Source of the DNA: an uncultured Bacillota bacterium
GTDB lineage: Bacteria > Bacillota > Clostridia > Christensenellales > UBA1242
Length of the DNA stretch: 64,000 nt
Direction: 5' to 3'
Assembly (NCBI GenBank): GCA_949283975.1
Contig: CASDUK010000001.1
Location: forward strand, 218,764 to 282,763
Part shown: piece after piece, positions 8,577 through 19,050 of the stretch
Numbering within the stretch: position 1 is the stretch's first letter
Layout: each line of letters opens with the position of its first letter
Translations under genes and position numbers: made by a program
Notes under the pieces: generated by a model
What the model was told of the DNA's origin: nothing
Database searches by the model: none
Seen by the model: only the letters and a program-made list of their open reading frames with translations

Positions 8577-9602
8577 ATGGATAAATTGGTTTACGAAATT
8601 AAATCTAAATTTGAAAAGGCTGGCAGAATTGCGCTCTTCACGCATGTTAGTTGCGATTGTGATGGAATTGGCTCAATGCTTGCGCTTTACAATTTTTTAA
8701 CAGAAAACGGAAAGAATGTTAGCCTGTTTTGTGATAGTGACATTCCAACCCGTTTTTCTTTTTTAAAGGGAATTGAAAATATAAATAAAGATGAAAATCC
8801 AAGCCAAAACGCATCGCTTAAAGAAGAACTTAAAATGGAACTTGATGTTAATTTTAACAATTTCGACTTGCTTGTTGCTCTTGACACCTCAACATCGTCT
8901 AGGCTTGGAAAATATCAAGAAATTTTTGAGGGCTTTGGAAACACAATAAACATTGATCATCACATTAGCAATTCAAACTATGCAAAAATTAATTACATGA
9001 AGCCATATTCATCTTGCGGAGAGGTTGTTTATGAGCTTTTAAAAGAAGCCGGCTGCACAATTGAGCCAAATGTTGCAACTTGTCTTTTTGCGGCAATAAG
9101 CTCTGACACAAATTGTTTTAAAAATGCAAACATCTCTTCACGAACCCACATTTTTGCTGGCCAGTTAATTGAACTTGGCGCAGACCACAATTTGGTAAAT
9201 CTTTCTCTCCACAAAAACAAAAGCAAGAACCAATTAAGGCTAATTGCTTACATGGCAAAAAATCTTAAGTTTTATAAGGGTATAACATATTTTTATTCAA
9301 GCTTAAAAATGCTTAAAAAACTTGACGTAAAATCAAACGATGTTTCAACTTTTATGCACATTATTTGCAACACTGCTGAGTCCAAAATTAACATTGTAAT
9401 TAAGGAGCGCGGAAACGGCGAATATAGGCTTAGTTTGCGCTCTGTTGGAGATTATGACGTAAACAGGGTTACAAAAATCTTTGGCGGCGGCGGGCATAAA
9501 AATGCCGGAGGCTGTGTTCTAAAAGGAAATTTTAAAAAGGAATTTAAAAAGGTTATTTCTGAGTGTCTTGAGGAAATTAAGCGTGTTGATTTAAAACCAT
9601 AA
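8577..9602 (+). CDS. nrnA: DHH/DHHA1 phosphoesterase (NrnA-like oligoribonuclease/pAp phosphatase)
   Basis: The motifs HVSCDCDGIGS, DHH (NIDHHISN) and GGGHKNAGG are present, and the gene sits upstream of truB. Confidence 0.75.
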   Translation: MDKLVYEIKSKFEKAGRIALFTHVSCDCDGIGSMLALYNFLTENGKNVSLFCDSDIPTRFSFLKGIENINKDENPSQNASLKEELKMELDVNFNNFDLLVALDTSTSSRLGKYQEIFEGFGNTINIDHHISNSNYAKINYMKPYSSCGEVVYELLKEAGCTIEPNVATCLFAAISSDTNCFKNANISSRTHIFAGQLIELGADHNLVNLSLHKNKSKNQLRLIAYMAKNLKFYKGITYFYSSLKMLKKLDVKSNDVSTFMHIICNTAESKINIVIKERGNGEYRLSLRSVGDYDVNRVTKIFGGGGHKNAGGCVLKGNFKKEFKKVISECLEEIKRVDLKP

Positions 9603-9616
9603 ACTTTGGGGGATTT

Positions 9617-10555
9617 GTGAACGGAATAATTGTTGTTAACAAGCCATCAGGGCTAAGTTCAAACACGGTTGTTGGAATTGTTAAAAAAGCTGTTGGCGCA
9701 AAAAAGGCCGGCCATTTAGGAACTCTTGATGTTTTGGGGGACGGGGTTCTTCCGGTTACAATTGGAAAGGCAACGCGCCTTTTCAACTTTTTTTTATCTA
9801 AATCTAAAACATATGTTGCAACCTTTGTCTTTGGCTTTGAAACGGAAACACTTGACGCTGAAGGGAAAATTGTTAACATATCTGAGAAAAATGTTACAAC
9901 TGTGGAAATTGAAAATGCTTTGGGCAGTTTTGTTGGAAAACAGTTTCAACTTCCGCCGCAGTTTAGCAGCAAGAAAATTGGAGGTAAATCGGCCTACCTT
10001 TTGGCAAGAAAGGGGGAGGAGGTTTTGCTAAAAGAAAAAGAAATTGAAATTTTTTCTTTTAAATATTTAGGTGAGGCCGGGGAAAAAGAACGCAAAATTC
10101 TGCTTGAAAGGTTTTCGAAATTCCACAGCGTCTCCGAGCTTGAAAGATTAAACAATGTTCCATTTTACAAGTTTGAAATATCGTGCAGCGCGGGAACATA
10201 CATTAGAAGTTTGTGTCGAGATTTTGCACAGTACTTAGGAATATATGGTACTATGCTTAGCATAACACGCACAAAATGTGGTAAATTTGAACTTTCAGAT
10301 GCAGTTTCACTTGAAGATGTAAAAAACGGAAATTATGAAATTATAAAGCCAGAAGAGGTTGTTGACTTTCCTTTAATTGAAATTTCGCCAGAGCAAAAAA
10401 GAGATCTTTTGAATGGAAAAATTGTTACAATTGAAAAACCCTCCGGCCAATTTAAGCTTTTTTGCGGAGGGGACTTTTTGGGAATTTGCGAAGTTAAGGA
10501 TTCCATGTTAAAAATTAAAACTTTTCTTTTGGAGGAGAAAGATGAACAAAGTTAA
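9617..10555 (+). CDS. truB: tRNA pseudouridine(55) synthase
   Basis: NGIIVVNKPSGLSSNTVV...GHLGTLDVLGDGVLPV, with the catalytic Asp in GTLD. The start codon is GTG. Confidence 0.9.
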   Translation: MNGIIVVNKPSGLSSNTVVGIVKKAVGAKKAGHLGTLDVLGDGVLPVTIGKATRLFNFFLSKSKTYVATFVFGFETETLDAEGKIVNISEKNVTTVEIENALGSFVGKQFQLPPQFSSKKIGGKSAYLLARKGEEVLLKEKEIEIFSFKYLGEAGEKERKILLERFSKFHSVSELERLNNVPFYKFEISCSAGTYIRSLCRDFAQYLGIYGTMLSITRTKCGKFELSDAVSLEDVKNGNYEIIKPEEVVDFPLIEISPEQKRDLLNGKIVTIEKPSGQFKLFCGGDFLGICEVKDSMLKIKTFLLEEKDEQS

Positions 10556-11390
10556 ATTTGGCCCGTCTGGAAACAGCAATTTGTTTTATCAGCTTGGTTA
10601 TAAGTCAAGCGTTGAAGCGCCGGCTTGGCTTAGGTCGCTTGGCCTTAGCGCATATGAATATTCCTTTGGCCGGGGTTATAACATGAGCCAAGATAAGGCG
10701 ATTGAAATTGGGAAGGAGGCTTGCGCAAACGGAGTTGAAATTAGCGTTCATGCGCCATATTACATAAACTTTGCCAATGAAAGCGAGGAGATGGTTGAAA
10801 AATCATATAACTATGTTTTAACAGGGCTTAAAATGCTTAGGGCAATGGGAGGGAAACACCTTGTTTTTCACGCAAGCTCCCAGGGCAAACTTCCAAGAGA
10901 AAGGGCTCTTGAGCTGACGCGTGAAAGGCTTAAAATTCTTGCAAAAAAGGTTTATGAAAACGGATATTCAGACATGATTCTTTGCCCAGAAACAATGGGA
11001 AAGCCCCTTCAAATTGGAACATTTAAAGAAATTGTTGACCTTTGCACAGTTGACAAAATTTTTGTTCCAACATTTGACTTTGGACATATCTATTCTCTTT
11101 CTCTTGGAAAGTTTGGAAGCTATGAAGATTATGTTGAAGTTTTTTCGTATGCACTTGAAAAACTTGGCGAGCGGGCAAGGTTTTGCCACATCCATTTTTC
11201 TCAAATTGAATATGGGCAAAAGGGAGAGATTAGACACTTAGATTTTGGAAATGGAAAGTTTGGCCCGAGCTATGAGCCAATGTTAAAAGCAATTTCTGAC
11301 CTTGGCCTTTTCCCAACAATTATTTGCGAAAGCCACAGCAACATGGCAACCGATGCGCTTGAAATGAAAGAGTTCTTTGAAAAAATTTAA
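10542..11390 (+). CDS. TIM-barrel protein of the endonuclease IV / xylose-isomerase-like family
   Basis: SVHAPYYINFANESEEMVEKS resembles the Nfo motif HAPYxINLA, and there are later metal-ligand-like FDFGH and HIHFS segments. Confidence 0.6.
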   Translation: MNKVKFGPSGNSNLFYQLGYKSSVEAPAWLRSLGLSAYEYSFGRGYNMSQDKAIEIGKEACANGVEISVHAPYYINFANESEEMVEKSYNYVLTGLKMLRAMGGKHLVFHASSQGKLPRERALELTRERLKILAKKVYENGYSDMILCPETMGKPLQIGTFKEIVDLCTVDKIFVPTFDFGHIYSLSLGKFGSYEDYVEVFSYALEKLGERARFCHIHFSQIEYGQKGEIRHLDFGNGKFGPSYEPMLKAISDLGLFPTIICESHSNMATDALEMKEFFEKI

Positions 11391-11457
11391 AGTTTTTTCT
11401 TTACAAAAATTTGGCTTTGTGTTAAACTCAATTAAGATTACATTTTAAGGAGATTTT

Positions 11458-12018
11458 ATGATTACAGCAGGAGATTTTAGAAAGGGTGTTACTTTTGAAA
11501 TGGATGGGAACATCTATTTGGTTGTTGATTTTCTTCATGTTAAGCCAGGAAAGGGTTCTCCGTTCGTTAGGGCAAAGATTAAAAACATTGTAACCGGCCA
11601 AGTTTTGGAAAGAACTTTCAACCCGTCTGACAAGTTTCAAGTTGCAGTTATTGAAAGAAAGGAAATGCAATATCTTTACAACGAGGGCGGAATTTACTAT
11701 TTTATGGACATGGAAACATATGACCAAATTCCTCTCAACAAAAGCCAAGTTGAAGACGCGCTAAATTTCATAACAGAAAACATGATGGCAAACATTCAGT
11801 TCTATAAGGGTGCGGCCTTTTCTGTTGAGCCGCCAAATTTTGTTGAGTTAACAATTACAAAGTGTGAACCAGGAATTCAGGGGGACACTTCTAAGGCTGG
11901 TTATAAGCCGGCAACGCTTGAAACGGGATATACGTTAAATGTTCCTCTTTTCGTTAATCAGGGCGACAGAATTAGGGTTGACACAAGAACTGGAACATAC
12001 ATGGAAAGAATTAAATAA
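11458..12018 (+). CDS. efp: Elongation factor P
   Basis: [43 protein letters not shown] matches EF-P. Confidence 0.95.
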   Translation: MITAGDFRKGVTFEMDGNIYLVVDFLHVKPGKGSPFVRAKIKNIVTGQVLERTFNPSDKFQVAVIERKEMQYLYNEGGIYYFMDMETYDQIPLNKSQVEDALNFITENMMANIQFYKGAAFSVEPPNFVELTITKCEPGIQGDTSKAGYKPATLETGYTLNVPLFVNQGDRIRVDTRTGTYMERIK

Positions 12019-12035
12019 TCCTTCAACAAAAACAA

Positions 12036-12073
12036 AAAACTGCGTAAATAAACCAAATTTCGCAGTTTTTTTT
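12036..12073 (+). terminator. Intrinsic terminator after efp
   Basis: AAAACTGCG-loop-CGCAGTTTT hairpin followed by a T-run. Confidence 0.7.
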
Positions 12074-12098
12074 ATATGCAAAAAAAATATCTTACAAT

Positions 12099-13037
12099 AT
12101 GACAACGAACAGCGAAGAGAAAAGAGTTTTTGCTTCAATTTTGCCGCCCAAAATTTTTTCTCCACTAATTGAAAAAATCAACTATTCTCAGTTGAATGAA
12201 ATTAGGCTTAGAGCAAACAAACCAATAACCGTTTCGCTTGGCGGGCGAACGTATTTTCTTGGCGAAAGTGGAATTTCAAATAAATTAAGCGAGGCAATCT
12301 ACTGCACTAAACAAGATATTGAAAACATTGTCTTTCGCGCAAGCGAATGTTCAATCTATGCTGTCAACGAACAAATTAAACAGGGTTTTTTAACAATTGG
12401 AATAGGAATTAGAATTGGGCTTGCGGGCGTTGTTGTTTGCGAGGGAGAGGAAGTTAAAACAATTAAAAACTTTTCTTCGCTTGTTATAAGAATTCCCCAC
12501 AGAGTTAGAAATTGCAGCCTAAGCGCGTTCAACCACATTTTAAAGGAAAACAAGTTTTGTAACACGCTAATAATTTCTCCGCCTGGATGTGGGAAAACAA
12601 CATTTTTAAGGGACATTCTTTTCCAACTTTCTTCGCGAAACATTTGTTTTAATGTTTTAGTTTTAGACGAGCGGGGCGAAATTTTTGGAAGCAGCGAGTC
12701 CAACCTTTTGGAAAGCAATTTTTGCGATGTTTTGTCCTTCATTTCAAAACCAGAAGGATTTTTGTTTGGAATTAGGGCGCTTTCTCCTTCGCTAATTTTT
12801 TGCGATGAAATTGGGGCAAAGCGTGACGCCGAGGCAATTGAGTTTGCCTCAAATTCCGGCGTTGGCGTTGTTGCAACGGTTCATGGTTCAAGCCTTTTCG
12901 ATTTGCAACAAAAAGAAAATTTTAAGGAAATTTTAAATAAAAAAGTTTTCGAGCGCTTTGTTGTTCTCTCTTCAAGAGATGGGCCGGGAACAATTGAGGC
13001 AATCTATGATGAAAACTTTGGGTTGATTTCTGTTTAG
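12099..13037 (+). CDS. spoIIIAA: Stage III sporulation protein AA (ATPase)
   Basis: Walker A motif PPGCGKTTFLRD, Walker B-like motif LIFCDEIG, and the first position in an eight-gene spoIIIA-like operon. Confidence 0.85.
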   Translation: MTTNSEEKRVFASILPPKIFSPLIEKINYSQLNEIRLRANKPITVSLGGRTYFLGESGISNKLSEAIYCTKQDIENIVFRASECSIYAVNEQIKQGFLTIGIGIRIGLAGVVVCEGEEVKTIKNFSSLVIRIPHRVRNCSLSAFNHILKENKFCNTLIISPPGCGKTTFLRDILFQLSSRNICFNVLVLDERGEIFGSSESNLLESNFCDVLSFISKPEGFLFGIRALSPSLIFCDEIGAKRDAEAIEFASNSGVGVVATVHGSSLFDLQQKENFKEILNKKVFERFVVLSSRDGPGTIEAIYDENFGLISV

Positions 13038-13047
13038 GGAGGAAAAT

Positions 13048-13545
13048 TTGAAATTTGTTTTGGCTGCAATTGTTGTAATTGGAATGGGATATATTGGTTT
13101 TGGGCTTTCAAAATACTATCGAAAACGCAAGCGTTTTTTTGAGGATTTAATTTTGCTGTGCGAAAAACTTTGCGTTGAAATTAGTTTTTCAAAGGAGAAT
13201 TTAAGCTCAATTATTTCCTCAAATCTATCCTATTTTTCAAAGGACTTTGTTGAGGTTTTAAACGCATATTTAAACTATCTAAACAACAACGGCCAAACAA
13301 TTTCTTCCGAGGCTTTTTTTAAAAAATCAACGTTGATTAAGGAGGAGGAAAGAGAGGCTATTACAATTTTTTTTAAAAGCCTTGGAAGGCTTGATGCAAC
13401 TAGCCAAGTTTCAGAAATTCAAAATTTCAAAACAAAGTTTTCAAGCTTTAAAACGCTTGCAGAAGAGGAGAACAAAAAGTTTGGTTCTCTATCGCTAAAA
13501 CTAATGGTTTTGCTTGGCCTTTTGGCTGTTATCATCTTGATTTAA
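13048..13545 (+). CDS. spoIIIAB: Stage III sporulation protein AB
   Basis: The position, the ~165 aa size, the N- and C-terminal TM segments, and a TTG start after GGGAGG all fit. Confidence 0.75.
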   Translation: MKFVLAAIVVIGMGYIGFGLSKYYRKRKRFFEDLILLCEKLCVEISFSKENLSSIISSNLSYFSKDFVEVLNAYLNYLNNNGQTISSEAFFKKSTLIKEEEREAITIFFKSLGRLDATSQVSEIQNFKTKFSSFKTLAEEENKKFGSLSLKLMVLLGLLAVIILI

Positions 13546-13555
13546 GGAGGGAGGA

Positions 13556-13750
13556 ATGGGCGTTGAAATAATTTTTAAAATTGCTGCGGTTGGAATTTTA
13601 ACAGCCGTTGTTAACCAGGTTTTAAAACATGCAAACAAGGAAGAGATTGCAACGCTAACAACGCTTGCTGGGCTAATTGTTGTTCTTTTGATGGTTCTCA
13701 ATTTAATTGCAACGCTTTTTGACACTGTTAGAACAATGTTTAACCTTTAA
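13556..13750 (+). CDS. spoIIIAC: Stage III sporulation protein AC
   Basis: A 64-aa protein with two TM segments, in third position in the operon. Confidence 0.8.
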   Translation: MGVEIIFKIAAVGILTAVVNQVLKHANKEEIATLTTLAGLIVVLLMVLNLIATLFDTVRTMFNL

Positions 13751-13764
13751 TTGGAGAAGAACGC

Positions 13765-14151
13765 TTGGACATTTTTAAGATTATTGGAGTTGGAATTATA
13801 ACGGCGATAACAGCGCTAATTGTCCGGCAAATTAAGCCGGAAGTTTCTGTTATCATAACAATTTCCGGCGGAATAATAATGCTTCTTATGCTTGTTCAAT
13901 CGCTAACATCAATTTTTTCTGCCTTCAATTCAATTGTTGAAAAAAGCGGGCTAACTTCTGGGCTTTTTACAACAATTTTAAAGATTATTGGGGTTGGCTA
14001 CATAACAGAATTTTCCGCAAATCTTTGCGCAGACAGTGGAGCATCTTCTATTGCAGACAAAATTCTTTTAGCAGGAAAGATTATAATTTTGGTTTTGGCG
14101 CTTCCAATTGTAACTAACATAATCGACATAATTTCGGGGCTGTTGCCATGA
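13765..14151 (+). CDS. spoIIIAD: Stage III sporulation protein AD
   Basis: A 128-aa polytopic membrane protein containing IGVGYITEF, in fourth position. Confidence 0.8.
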   Translation: MDIFKIIGVGIITAITALIVRQIKPEVSVIITISGGIIMLLMLVQSLTSIFSAFNSIVEKSGLTSGLFTTILKIIGVGYITEFSANLCADSGASSIADKILLAGKIIILVLALPIVTNIIDIISGLLP

Positions 14152-15377
14152 GGGTTTGTTTTAAATCAAAAAAATTTAAATTGACAAGAAACTTTCTAAT
14201 TTGCATTTGCATATTGGCAATTTTTCTCTGTCAATTCATGCTGCCAACGCTAACCGTTTATGCAGATGACGGCATGGCAAGCGAGCTTGAAAGCAAGCTT
14301 GAAGAAAATGTTGCCTCTCAACTTGAAAAATTAAATTTTTCAGACATGGAAAAAATTCTTTCTGGCCTTGGAAATTATGAAACAGAAATCTTTGGAGACA
14401 ACTCCTTTTCAGGAAAGGTTGAAAGCATAATTAACGGAACATTTGCAAGCGGCCAAAGTTCGGTTTTTTCGGCAATTGTTAATTTAGTTTTTGATGACAT
14501 ATTAAAATTTATACCGCTTTTAGCTTCAATTATTGTAATTGCAATAATTTGCGGCTTTGTTTCAAACATAAAAAGTGAGAACAATTCCAAGTCGGTTGGA
14601 GATATAATCCACTTTGTTTGCTATGGCGTTATTATTGTTCTTGTTATGACTGGCGTTGTTAATTTAATTAAAGTAACCTCTGGTTCAATTCAATCAATTA
14701 AAGGGCAAATGGAAGTTGTTTTTCCAATTCTCCTAACACTTATGACGGCAATTGGCGGAACTGCGTCTGTTGCGGTTTATCAACCGGCAGTTGCCTTTCT
14801 TTCAAGTTTCATCATGCAAATTTTTGTCTCCGTTCTAATGCCAATTTTCATATTTATTTTGGTTTTTACAATTGTTTCAAACCTAACATCAACTGTAAAA
14901 CTTGAAAAATTTACAAAGTTTTTTGGCTCAACATACAAGTGGATTGTTGGAACGGTTTTTACAATTTTTATGGCCTTTTTGGCAATTCAAGGAATAACGG
15001 CAAGTTCATATGACGGTGTTTCAATTCGAACGGCAAAATATGCAATTCGCTCATACATTCCTCTTCTTGGCGGTTATCTTTCAGAAGGGTTTGATGTTAT
15101 CATGGCCTCAAGCATGCTAATTAAAAACGCTGTTGGTGCAAGTGCGCTTGTGTTGATGTTTGCCTCTGTAATTTCTCCAATTGTTCAAATTGTTGTTTTT
15201 TCGCTAATTTTAAAACTTGCCGCGGCAATTTTAGAGCCGCTTACAGATTCTAGAATTTCAGATTTTATTTTTTCAATTGGAAAGGCGCTAACGCTTCTTG
15301 TAACAATGATAATTGGCGTTGCTTTCATGTATTTAATAACAACAGGGCTAATTATGTGCACGGCAAACTATATTTAA
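14148..15377 (+). CDS. spoIIIAE: Stage III sporulation protein AE
   Basis: A ~400 aa protein with a signal/TM segment followed by a multi-TM region, in fifth position and overlapping the stop codon of spoIIIAD. Confidence 0.8.
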   Translation: MRVCFKSKKFKLTRNFLICICILAIFLCQFMLPTLTVYADDGMASELESKLEENVASQLEKLNFSDMEKILSGLGNYETEIFGDNSFSGKVESIINGTFASGQSSVFSAIVNLVFDDILKFIPLLASIIVIAIICGFVSNIKSENNSKSVGDIIHFVCYGVIIVLVMTGVVNLIKVTSGSIQSIKGQMEVVFPILLTLMTAIGGTASVAVYQPAVAFLSSFIMQIFVSVLMPIFIFILVFTIVSNLTSTVKLEKFTKFFGSTYKWIVGTVFTIFMAFLAIQGITASSYDGVSIRTAKYAIRSYIPLLGGYLSEGFDVIMASSMLIKNAVGASALVLMFASVISPIVQIVVFSLILKLAAAILEPLTDSRISDFIFSIGKALTLLVTMIIGVAFMYLITTGLIMCTANYI

Positions 15378-15389
15378 AGAGGAGGAAAG

Positions 15390-15875
15390 ATGGAAGGAAT
15401 TTCTATTTGGGTTTTAGCGGTTGCAGGAATTTGTGTTCTTGGTGTTTTGGTTGACCTTGTTTTGCCCAGCGGCCAAACAAAAAAATATATCAAGGGAATT
15501 TTTGCCTTTTTTGTTGTTCTTGTAATAATTTCTCCGCTTCCGTCAATTTTGGGAAAAGAATTTTCAATTGATGACATCTTTGAGGAGAACGCAATTGTAA
15601 TTCAGGAGGATTTTATCTATCAGGTCAATCGCGACAGGTTGGATGTTTTGGAGGACATGGTTTTGTCAGACCTTGAGGAGCAGGGCATTTCGGGCGTTGG
15701 CATAATTATAAGCGCAAATGTCTTTACAGAAAAAATGACGATAGACGCCGTTTTTGTCGATTTAAGTCAGGTTGTAATTAAAGGAAATTTGGAGCATATA
15801 GATATTAATGAACTTGTTGCAGAAAGCGTTTTAAAATATGTTTCAGTTCAAAAATCCAGCATTATTTTCAACTAG
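15390..15875 (+). CDS. spoIIIAF: Stage III sporulation protein AF
   Basis: Two N-terminal TM segments plus a soluble domain, in sixth position. Confidence 0.75.
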   Translation: MEGISIWVLAVAGICVLGVLVDLVLPSGQTKKYIKGIFAFFVVLVIISPLPSILGKEFSIDDIFEENAIVIQEDFIYQVNRDRLDVLEDMVLSDLEEQGISGVGIIISANVFTEKMTIDAVFVDLSQVVIKGNLEHIDINELVAESVLKYVSVQKSSIIFN

Positions 15876-15903
15876 TTTAAAGCGCTTGATGGGGAGGTTT
15901 TTT

Positions 15904-16461
15904 GTGGAGGAAAAATTGGAAGAAAAAAAGGAAAAGAAAGGGCTTGGGAATTTAAAATTTTTCCAAAAGCTAAAGAGCATTAAACACATTGAAATTATAA
16001 TAGCAGTAATCTTGGGCGCAATTGTTCTTTTAATTTACTTTTCAACTTTCAACACTTCTTCTTCCGAAACTTCTTTTGAGGCAACATCAACAACCGAATA
16101 TGCGGCAATGCTAGAGTCTAAACTTGAAAATGTAATTAAACAAATTGGCGGCGTTGGAAATGTTTCGGTTATGGTAACTCTCTCAAGCGGGCCTGAATAC
16201 ATCTATGCAACAAGCGAAGAAGAAAAAATTAACGAGAACCAAGGAAGCGGCTCAACAACAACCTCAACAACAATAACAAAAGAACCGGTTATAATCTCTG
16301 GGGACATTGTTATTGTTAAGGAAATTATGCCAACTGTTTCTGGAATTGTTGTTGTTGCTGGCGGAGCGCAAGACACAAGAGTTAAACTTGAAATCATTAA
16401 AGCGATTCAAGCACTGCTAGATGTCCCACAAGCAAACATTGAAGTTTTGGTTGGGAAATAA
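15904..16461 (+). CDS. spoIIIAG: Stage III sporulation protein AG
   Basis: A single TM segment followed by a ring-building-motif-like C-terminus (GVGNVSVMVTL...VSGIVVVAGGA). I moved the start to the in-frame GTG at 15904, six nt after GGGGAGG. Confidence 0.75.
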   Translation: MEEKLEEKKEKKGLGNLKFFQKLKSIKHIEIIIAVILGAIVLLIYFSTFNTSSSETSFEATSTTEYAAMLESKLENVIKQIGGVGNVSVMVTLSSGPEYIYATSEEEKINENQGSGSTTTSTTITKEPVIISGDIVIVKEIMPTVSGIVVVAGGAQDTRVKLEIIKAIQALLDVPQANIEVLVGK

Positions 16462-16480
16462 TTTAAAAGGAGATTTAATT

Positions 16481-16957
16481 ATGTTTAGCAAAAAGAAAAA
16501 GATTATAATCTTAACAATTATGGTTGCGCTATTGGTTGTTACGGGATATCTTAATATCGCTTTGAATAATAATGTTACGCAACCAACCTCAACAACCGCA
16601 ACTATGGATTTCTATGATAGTTATAGGGCAGAGAGAGAAAGTTCGAGAGAAAGTTCAATTCTCTACTATGAAGGAATTATTGCAGATTCAACAAGCAGCC
16701 AAGAGGCAAAGGAAATTGCCGAAACAAAGCGCCAAGAACTTATTGAAGCGCTTGAAACCGAACTTGTTGTTGAAGGGCTAATTAAGGGGCTTGGGTTTGA
16801 AGATGTTGTTTTAACCTCAACAAGTGACAAATTAAACATTGTTATTAAAGCCTCTGTTGAAGACTTAACGCCAACTCAAAGAGCGCAAATTCTTCAAATT
16901 ATTAAAGAACAAACAAACAACACAGCAGATGAGGTTAGGATTATTCCTTCAAATTAA
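16481..16957 (+). CDS. spoIIIAH: Stage III sporulation protein AH
   Basis: MFSKKKKIIILTIMVALLVV is a TM segment, followed by a soluble domain. The gene is last in the operon, and the start lies after AGGAG. Confidence 0.75.
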   Translation: MFSKKKKIIILTIMVALLVVTGYLNIALNNNVTQPTSTTATMDFYDSYRAERESSRESSILYYEGIIADSTSSQEAKEIAETKRQELIEALETELVVEGLIKGLGFEDVVLTSTSDKLNIVIKASVEDLTPTQRAQILQIIKEQTNNTADEVRIIPSN

Positions 16958-16973
16958 AATTTAAAATTTATTT

Positions 16974-16998
16974 AAGCTCCAAATGTTGGAGCTTTTTT
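16974..16998 (+). terminator. Intrinsic terminator of the spoIIIA operon
   Basis: AAGCTCCA-AATGT-TGGAGCTT hairpin followed by a T-run. Confidence 0.75.
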
Positions 16999-17102
16999 AA
17001 TATTCTCTTGAATTTAAGAATATAAATATGTTAATAATTTATTTGATTTTTTGCTTAAAATGAGTTATCATATAAGCGTAATAATTTTTAAAAGGGCGGC
17101 AA

Positions 17103-17486
17103 ATGACGGATAATAAAAACAGCATAACACGCTACAAGGGAAAAATAACCTGTGATAGAAGCATTCTTCTTTCGATTATAGACCTTGCAACAAGAGAAAT
17201 TTGCGGCGTTAGCGGGCTTGCAACTTCGCTTAAAGCAAAAATTGCAAGCGTTTTTGCTAAAACAAAAAACCCCGGGGTTAGAATTCGGTTTAATCCAAAT
17301 GGTTCGCTTGCTGTTGATGTTTATGTTAGAATCTATTATGGCTACAGCGTTCCAGACATAGCATATAAAATTCAAGAAAACATAAAAAACGGAATTTCGG
17401 CAATGGTTGACATGAGAACAACAAAGGTCAATGTCCATGTTATGGGGGTTGATTTTGAACCAGAAGAAGCGCCAGTTAGCGCATAG
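17103..17486 (+). CDS. Asp23/Gls24-family alkaline shock protein
   Basis: The family-typical layout ITCDRSILLSIIDLATREICGV...VDVYVRIYYGYSVPDIAYKIQENIKNGISAMVD...VNVHVMGV is present. Confidence 0.8.
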   Translation: MTDNKNSITRYKGKITCDRSILLSIIDLATREICGVSGLATSLKAKIASVFAKTKNPGVRIRFNPNGSLAVDVYVRIYYGYSVPDIAYKIQENIKNGISAMVDMRTTKVNVHVMGVDFEPEEAPVSA

Positions 17487-17501
17487 CAAGGGGGAAAACA
17501 G

Positions 17502-17927
17502 ATGAGGAAAATTGCAAGAGAGCTTGCCTTTATGTTAATTTATGAAGGCTTGTTTAATAAGGACAGGGACGCCGAGGTTTCCTTTGATTTTTTTTCCAAG
17601 GAAAGGGAAGTTTTGGGCGACAATGCGCTTGACTTTGAAGATGAAATTTATGTTAAGCAAATTGTTTGTCTTTATGATGCAAACAAAGAACACATTGAAA
17701 CAATGATCAATAACAACCTCTTTGGATATGAACCCGAAAGGGTTTACAAAATGGATAAGGCGCTTTTGTGTCTTGCAATAACGGAAATCTATCATTACAA
17801 GACTCCTGCGCCAGTTGTTGTAAACGAAGTTGTTGAACTTGCAAAAAAATATTCAACAGAAAAAAGCGCGAAATTTATAAATGGAATTTTAGGGGCAATC
17901 ATTAAAGAAAATCCAATTGAGGAATAG
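17502..17927 (+). CDS. nusB: Transcription antitermination factor NusB
   Basis: RKIARELAFMLIYE...A.TEI....TP..VV.NE.VELAKKY......KFINGILG matches NusB. Confidence 0.85.
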   Translation: MRKIARELAFMLIYEGLFNKDRDAEVSFDFFSKEREVLGDNALDFEDEIYVKQIVCLYDANKEHIETMINNNLFGYEPERVYKMDKALLCLAITEIYHYKTPAPVVVNEVVELAKKYSTEKSAKFINGILGAIIKENPIEE

Positions 17928-19050
17928 TTTGGAACAAAAGGCAATTTCAGTCTCGCAGCTAAGCGGATATATCAAAGGAATTTTTGATGCGGAAGAACTT
18001 CTGCATAATATCTCAGTTTATGGCGAAATTTCTGGGCTTTCCTTTCTTAGAGGAAATGCATATTTTTCGCTTAAAGATGAGGATGCGCTTTTGCAATGCG
18101 TTTTTTTTGGCGCGGAGGAAAACACCTTTAAAAACGGGGACTTAATTGTTGCAACGGGAACGCCAAGATATTACACAAAGGGCGGAAAGTTAAACTTTAA
18201 TGTTTCGCGCGTTGAGCCATATGGCGTTGGAGAGCTTTTTCGAAAATTTTTGGAAACAAAATCCAAGCTTGAGCAGGAGGGGCTTTTTAACCCTCTTGCC
18301 AAAAAACAAATTCCAAAAGATGTTAAAAAAATTGGTGTTGTAACTTCCGAAAAGGGCGCTGTTATTCGGGACATAATAAATGTTTCAACAAGGCGAAACG
18401 CGGGAATTAATATTGTTATATATCCTTCAAAAGTTCAAGGAGAGGGGGCAGAGGAAGATTTAATTAGCGGCGTTTTGTTTTTTGACGCGAAATCAGATGT
18501 TGACCTTATAATTGTTGCAAGGGGCGGCGGCTCGTTTGAAGATTTGATGCCGTTTAACAGCGAAAAACTTGCTCGCGCCGTCTTTGCTTGCAACAAGCCT
18601 GTTGTTTCTGCTGTTGGCCATGAAACCGATTTTACGATTTTAGACTTTGTTTCGGATTTAAGAGCGCCAACACCTTCCGCCGCGGCGGAGCTTGTTGTTG
18701 GCGAGAAAAAGGCAAAAGCTTCAAATTTGATTTCAATTTTTAACCAGTTTTCATCACAAATTTTAGAGGAGCTAAACTACAAGTTCTCTTCAGCGATTGA
18801 TTTCAAAAAAAGTTTGGATTTTGCGCTGAAAGAAAAATTAAGCGAAGCGGAATATAACCTTTCAATGAAAATCCAAGCGCTTGAAAACCTAAACCCCAAA
18901 AAAGTTTTGGAGAGAGGGTTTGCAAAAATTGAAAGCAAAGGAAAAAACATTTCTTCAATTAAAGATGTTTCTGTTGAAGATGACTTGGAAATATATTTAA
19001 AAGATGGTAAAATTGTTGCACAAACAATTTCTTTGGAGGAGAAAAAATAA
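17917..19050 (+). CDS. xseA: Exodeoxyribonuclease VII large subunit
   Basis: An OB-fold N-terminus (ISVYGEISG...G.AYFSLKD), IGVVTS..GAVIRD, and ARGGGS.EDL.PFN all fit XseA. Confidence 0.9.
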   Translation: MRNSLEQKAISVSQLSGYIKGIFDAEELLHNISVYGEISGLSFLRGNAYFSLKDEDALLQCVFFGAEENTFKNGDLIVATGTPRYYTKGGKLNFNVSRVEPYGVGELFRKFLETKSKLEQEGLFNPLAKKQIPKDVKKIGVVTSEKGAVIRDIINVSTRRNAGINIVIYPSKVQGEGAEEDLISGVLFFDAKSDVDLIIVARGGGSFEDLMPFNSEKLARAVFACNKPVVSAVGHETDFTILDFVSDLRAPTPSAAAELVVGEKKAKASNLISIFNQFSSQILEELNYKFSSAIDFKKSLDFALKEKLSEAEYNLSMKIQALENLNPKKVLERGFAKIESKGKNISSIKDVSVEDDLEIYLKDGKIVAQTISLEEKK